Part shown: piece by piece, positions 63,502-64,000 of the stretch
Layout of the letters: each line of letters opens with the position of its first letter
Numbering within the stretch: the first letter of the stretch is position 1
Source of the DNA: Bacteriovoracaceae bacterium
GTDB taxonomy: Bacteria > Bdellovibrionota > Bacteriovoracia > Bacteriovoracales > Bacteriovoracaceae
Direction: 5' to 3'
Length of the DNA: 64,000 nucleotides
Assembly: GCA_028101965.1 (NCBI GenBank)
Contig: JAOHMI010000002.1
Span: 13,438-77,437 of the forward strand
Notes under the pieces: generated by a model
Database searches by the model: none
Seen by the model: only the letters and a program-made list of their open reading frames with translations
What the model was told of the DNA's origin: nothing
Made by a program: the position numbers and the translations under genes

Positions 63502-64000
63502 ATGGATACTTCTTTTAATGCAACAACGGCCGATCGAATTGGGCAAATGAAATATAGTGCAGTGAACTTTACTCATATAAAGCAAACTTCAATTAAAGCT
63601 CAAAGAGAAATTGCTCAGTTAACCTTCGCTGAGCGAAAGCTAATTTTAAAAAGAATAAGAACATATATAATCGAAAACAGAGATCAATTAATAGCTAAAG
63701 TACAGAGAGAAACTTTAAAGTCTCGGACTGATGCCTTAATTGGAGAGATTTTTGCGGTCTGTGATCACTTAGTTTTTTTAGAAAAAAATTTAGAAAAATT
63801 CTTACAAGACAAAAAAATTCCTACACCGATTAGTTTATTAGGAAAAAAATCTCGAGTCTATTGTGATCCCTTAGGAACAATTCTTATTATTTCTCCTTGG
63901 AATTATCCATTGTATCAAGCTATTGTACCTATCACTTCTGCCTTAATGACAAGAAATGCAGTGATCTATAAACCATCTGAATTTACTCCATTGAAGGGTG
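63502..64000 (+). CDS. Aldehyde dehydrogenase family protein, truncated at its C-terminus by the window edge
   Basis: My own translation from ATG 63502 gives ...LGTILIISPWNYPLYQAIVPITSALMTRNAVIYKPSEFTP, which contains the ALDH PWNYP and KPSE motifs. It is absent from the ORF track because there is no stop in the window. Confidence 0.8.
   Translation, partial: MDTSFNATTADRIGQMKYSAVNFTHIKQTSIKAQREIAQLTFAERKLILKRIRTYIIENRDQLIAKVQRETLKSRTDALIGEIFAVCDHLVFLEKNLEKFLQDKKIPTPISLLGKKSRVYCDPLGTILIISPWNYPLYQAIVPITSALMTRNAVIYKPSEFTPLKG

Noticed and set aside
1-64000. Search by eye for CRISPR arrays, tRNA/rRNA genes, and toxin-antitoxin or restriction-modification modules
   Set aside because: I saw no regularly spaced direct repeats. 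All intergenic gaps are AT-rich and lack tRNA-like GC-rich cloverleaf segments. No methyltransferase, nuclease or reverse transcriptase motifs were recognised. A tRNAscan, Infernal or minced run would be needed to be definitive.

Overview
This is an AT-rich bacterial chromosomal window, about one-third G+C by eye and not computed. It is densely coding, with roughly 60 protein genes. I found no rRNA, tRNA or CRISPR array by eye.

Housekeeping anchors:
- typA/bipA
- an aa3-type cytochrome c oxidase operon (coxB-coxA-coxC-subunit IV, plus a second subunit-III-like gene)
- hemN and korAB
- a TRAP transporter (dctP/Q/M) with TatT-type TPR partner proteins
- tpx, an aldo/keto reductase and an aldehyde dehydrogenase (cut by the window edge)
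- a GspE/PilB-type ATPase that runs off the left edge and is missing from the supplied ORF track

A very large fraction of ORFs carry signal peptides or lipoboxes. These include enzymes that are usually cytoplasmic. Together with the low G+C, this fits a Bdellovibrio-like predatory (Bacteriovoracaceae-type) organism, but that is an inference and not proof.

The most interesting regions are:
1. 30886-37344: a tandemly duplicated, diverged two-gene cassette. Each copy has a small lipoprotein with a DxDxDG loop and a large secreted protein with a pectate-lyase/tailspike-type N-terminal motif and a coiled-coil tail. An intact IS element with identifiable inverted repeats sits beside it.
2. 49949-56203: a tight minus-strand operon. 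It encodes a CPA-type cation/proton antiporter-like protein, then a 1417-aa fusion of a second CPA-like membrane domain to a long helical region, a P-loop ATPase and a winged-helix tail, then an MscS-like channel.
3. 1-1779: the left-edge secretion ATPase, which has alternating cNMP-binding and T2SSE_N domains.
4. 14778-17215: an overlapping GCS2-type amidoligase and AstE/AspA-type deacylase pair.

All functional calls come from motif recognition by eye. No database search was run.
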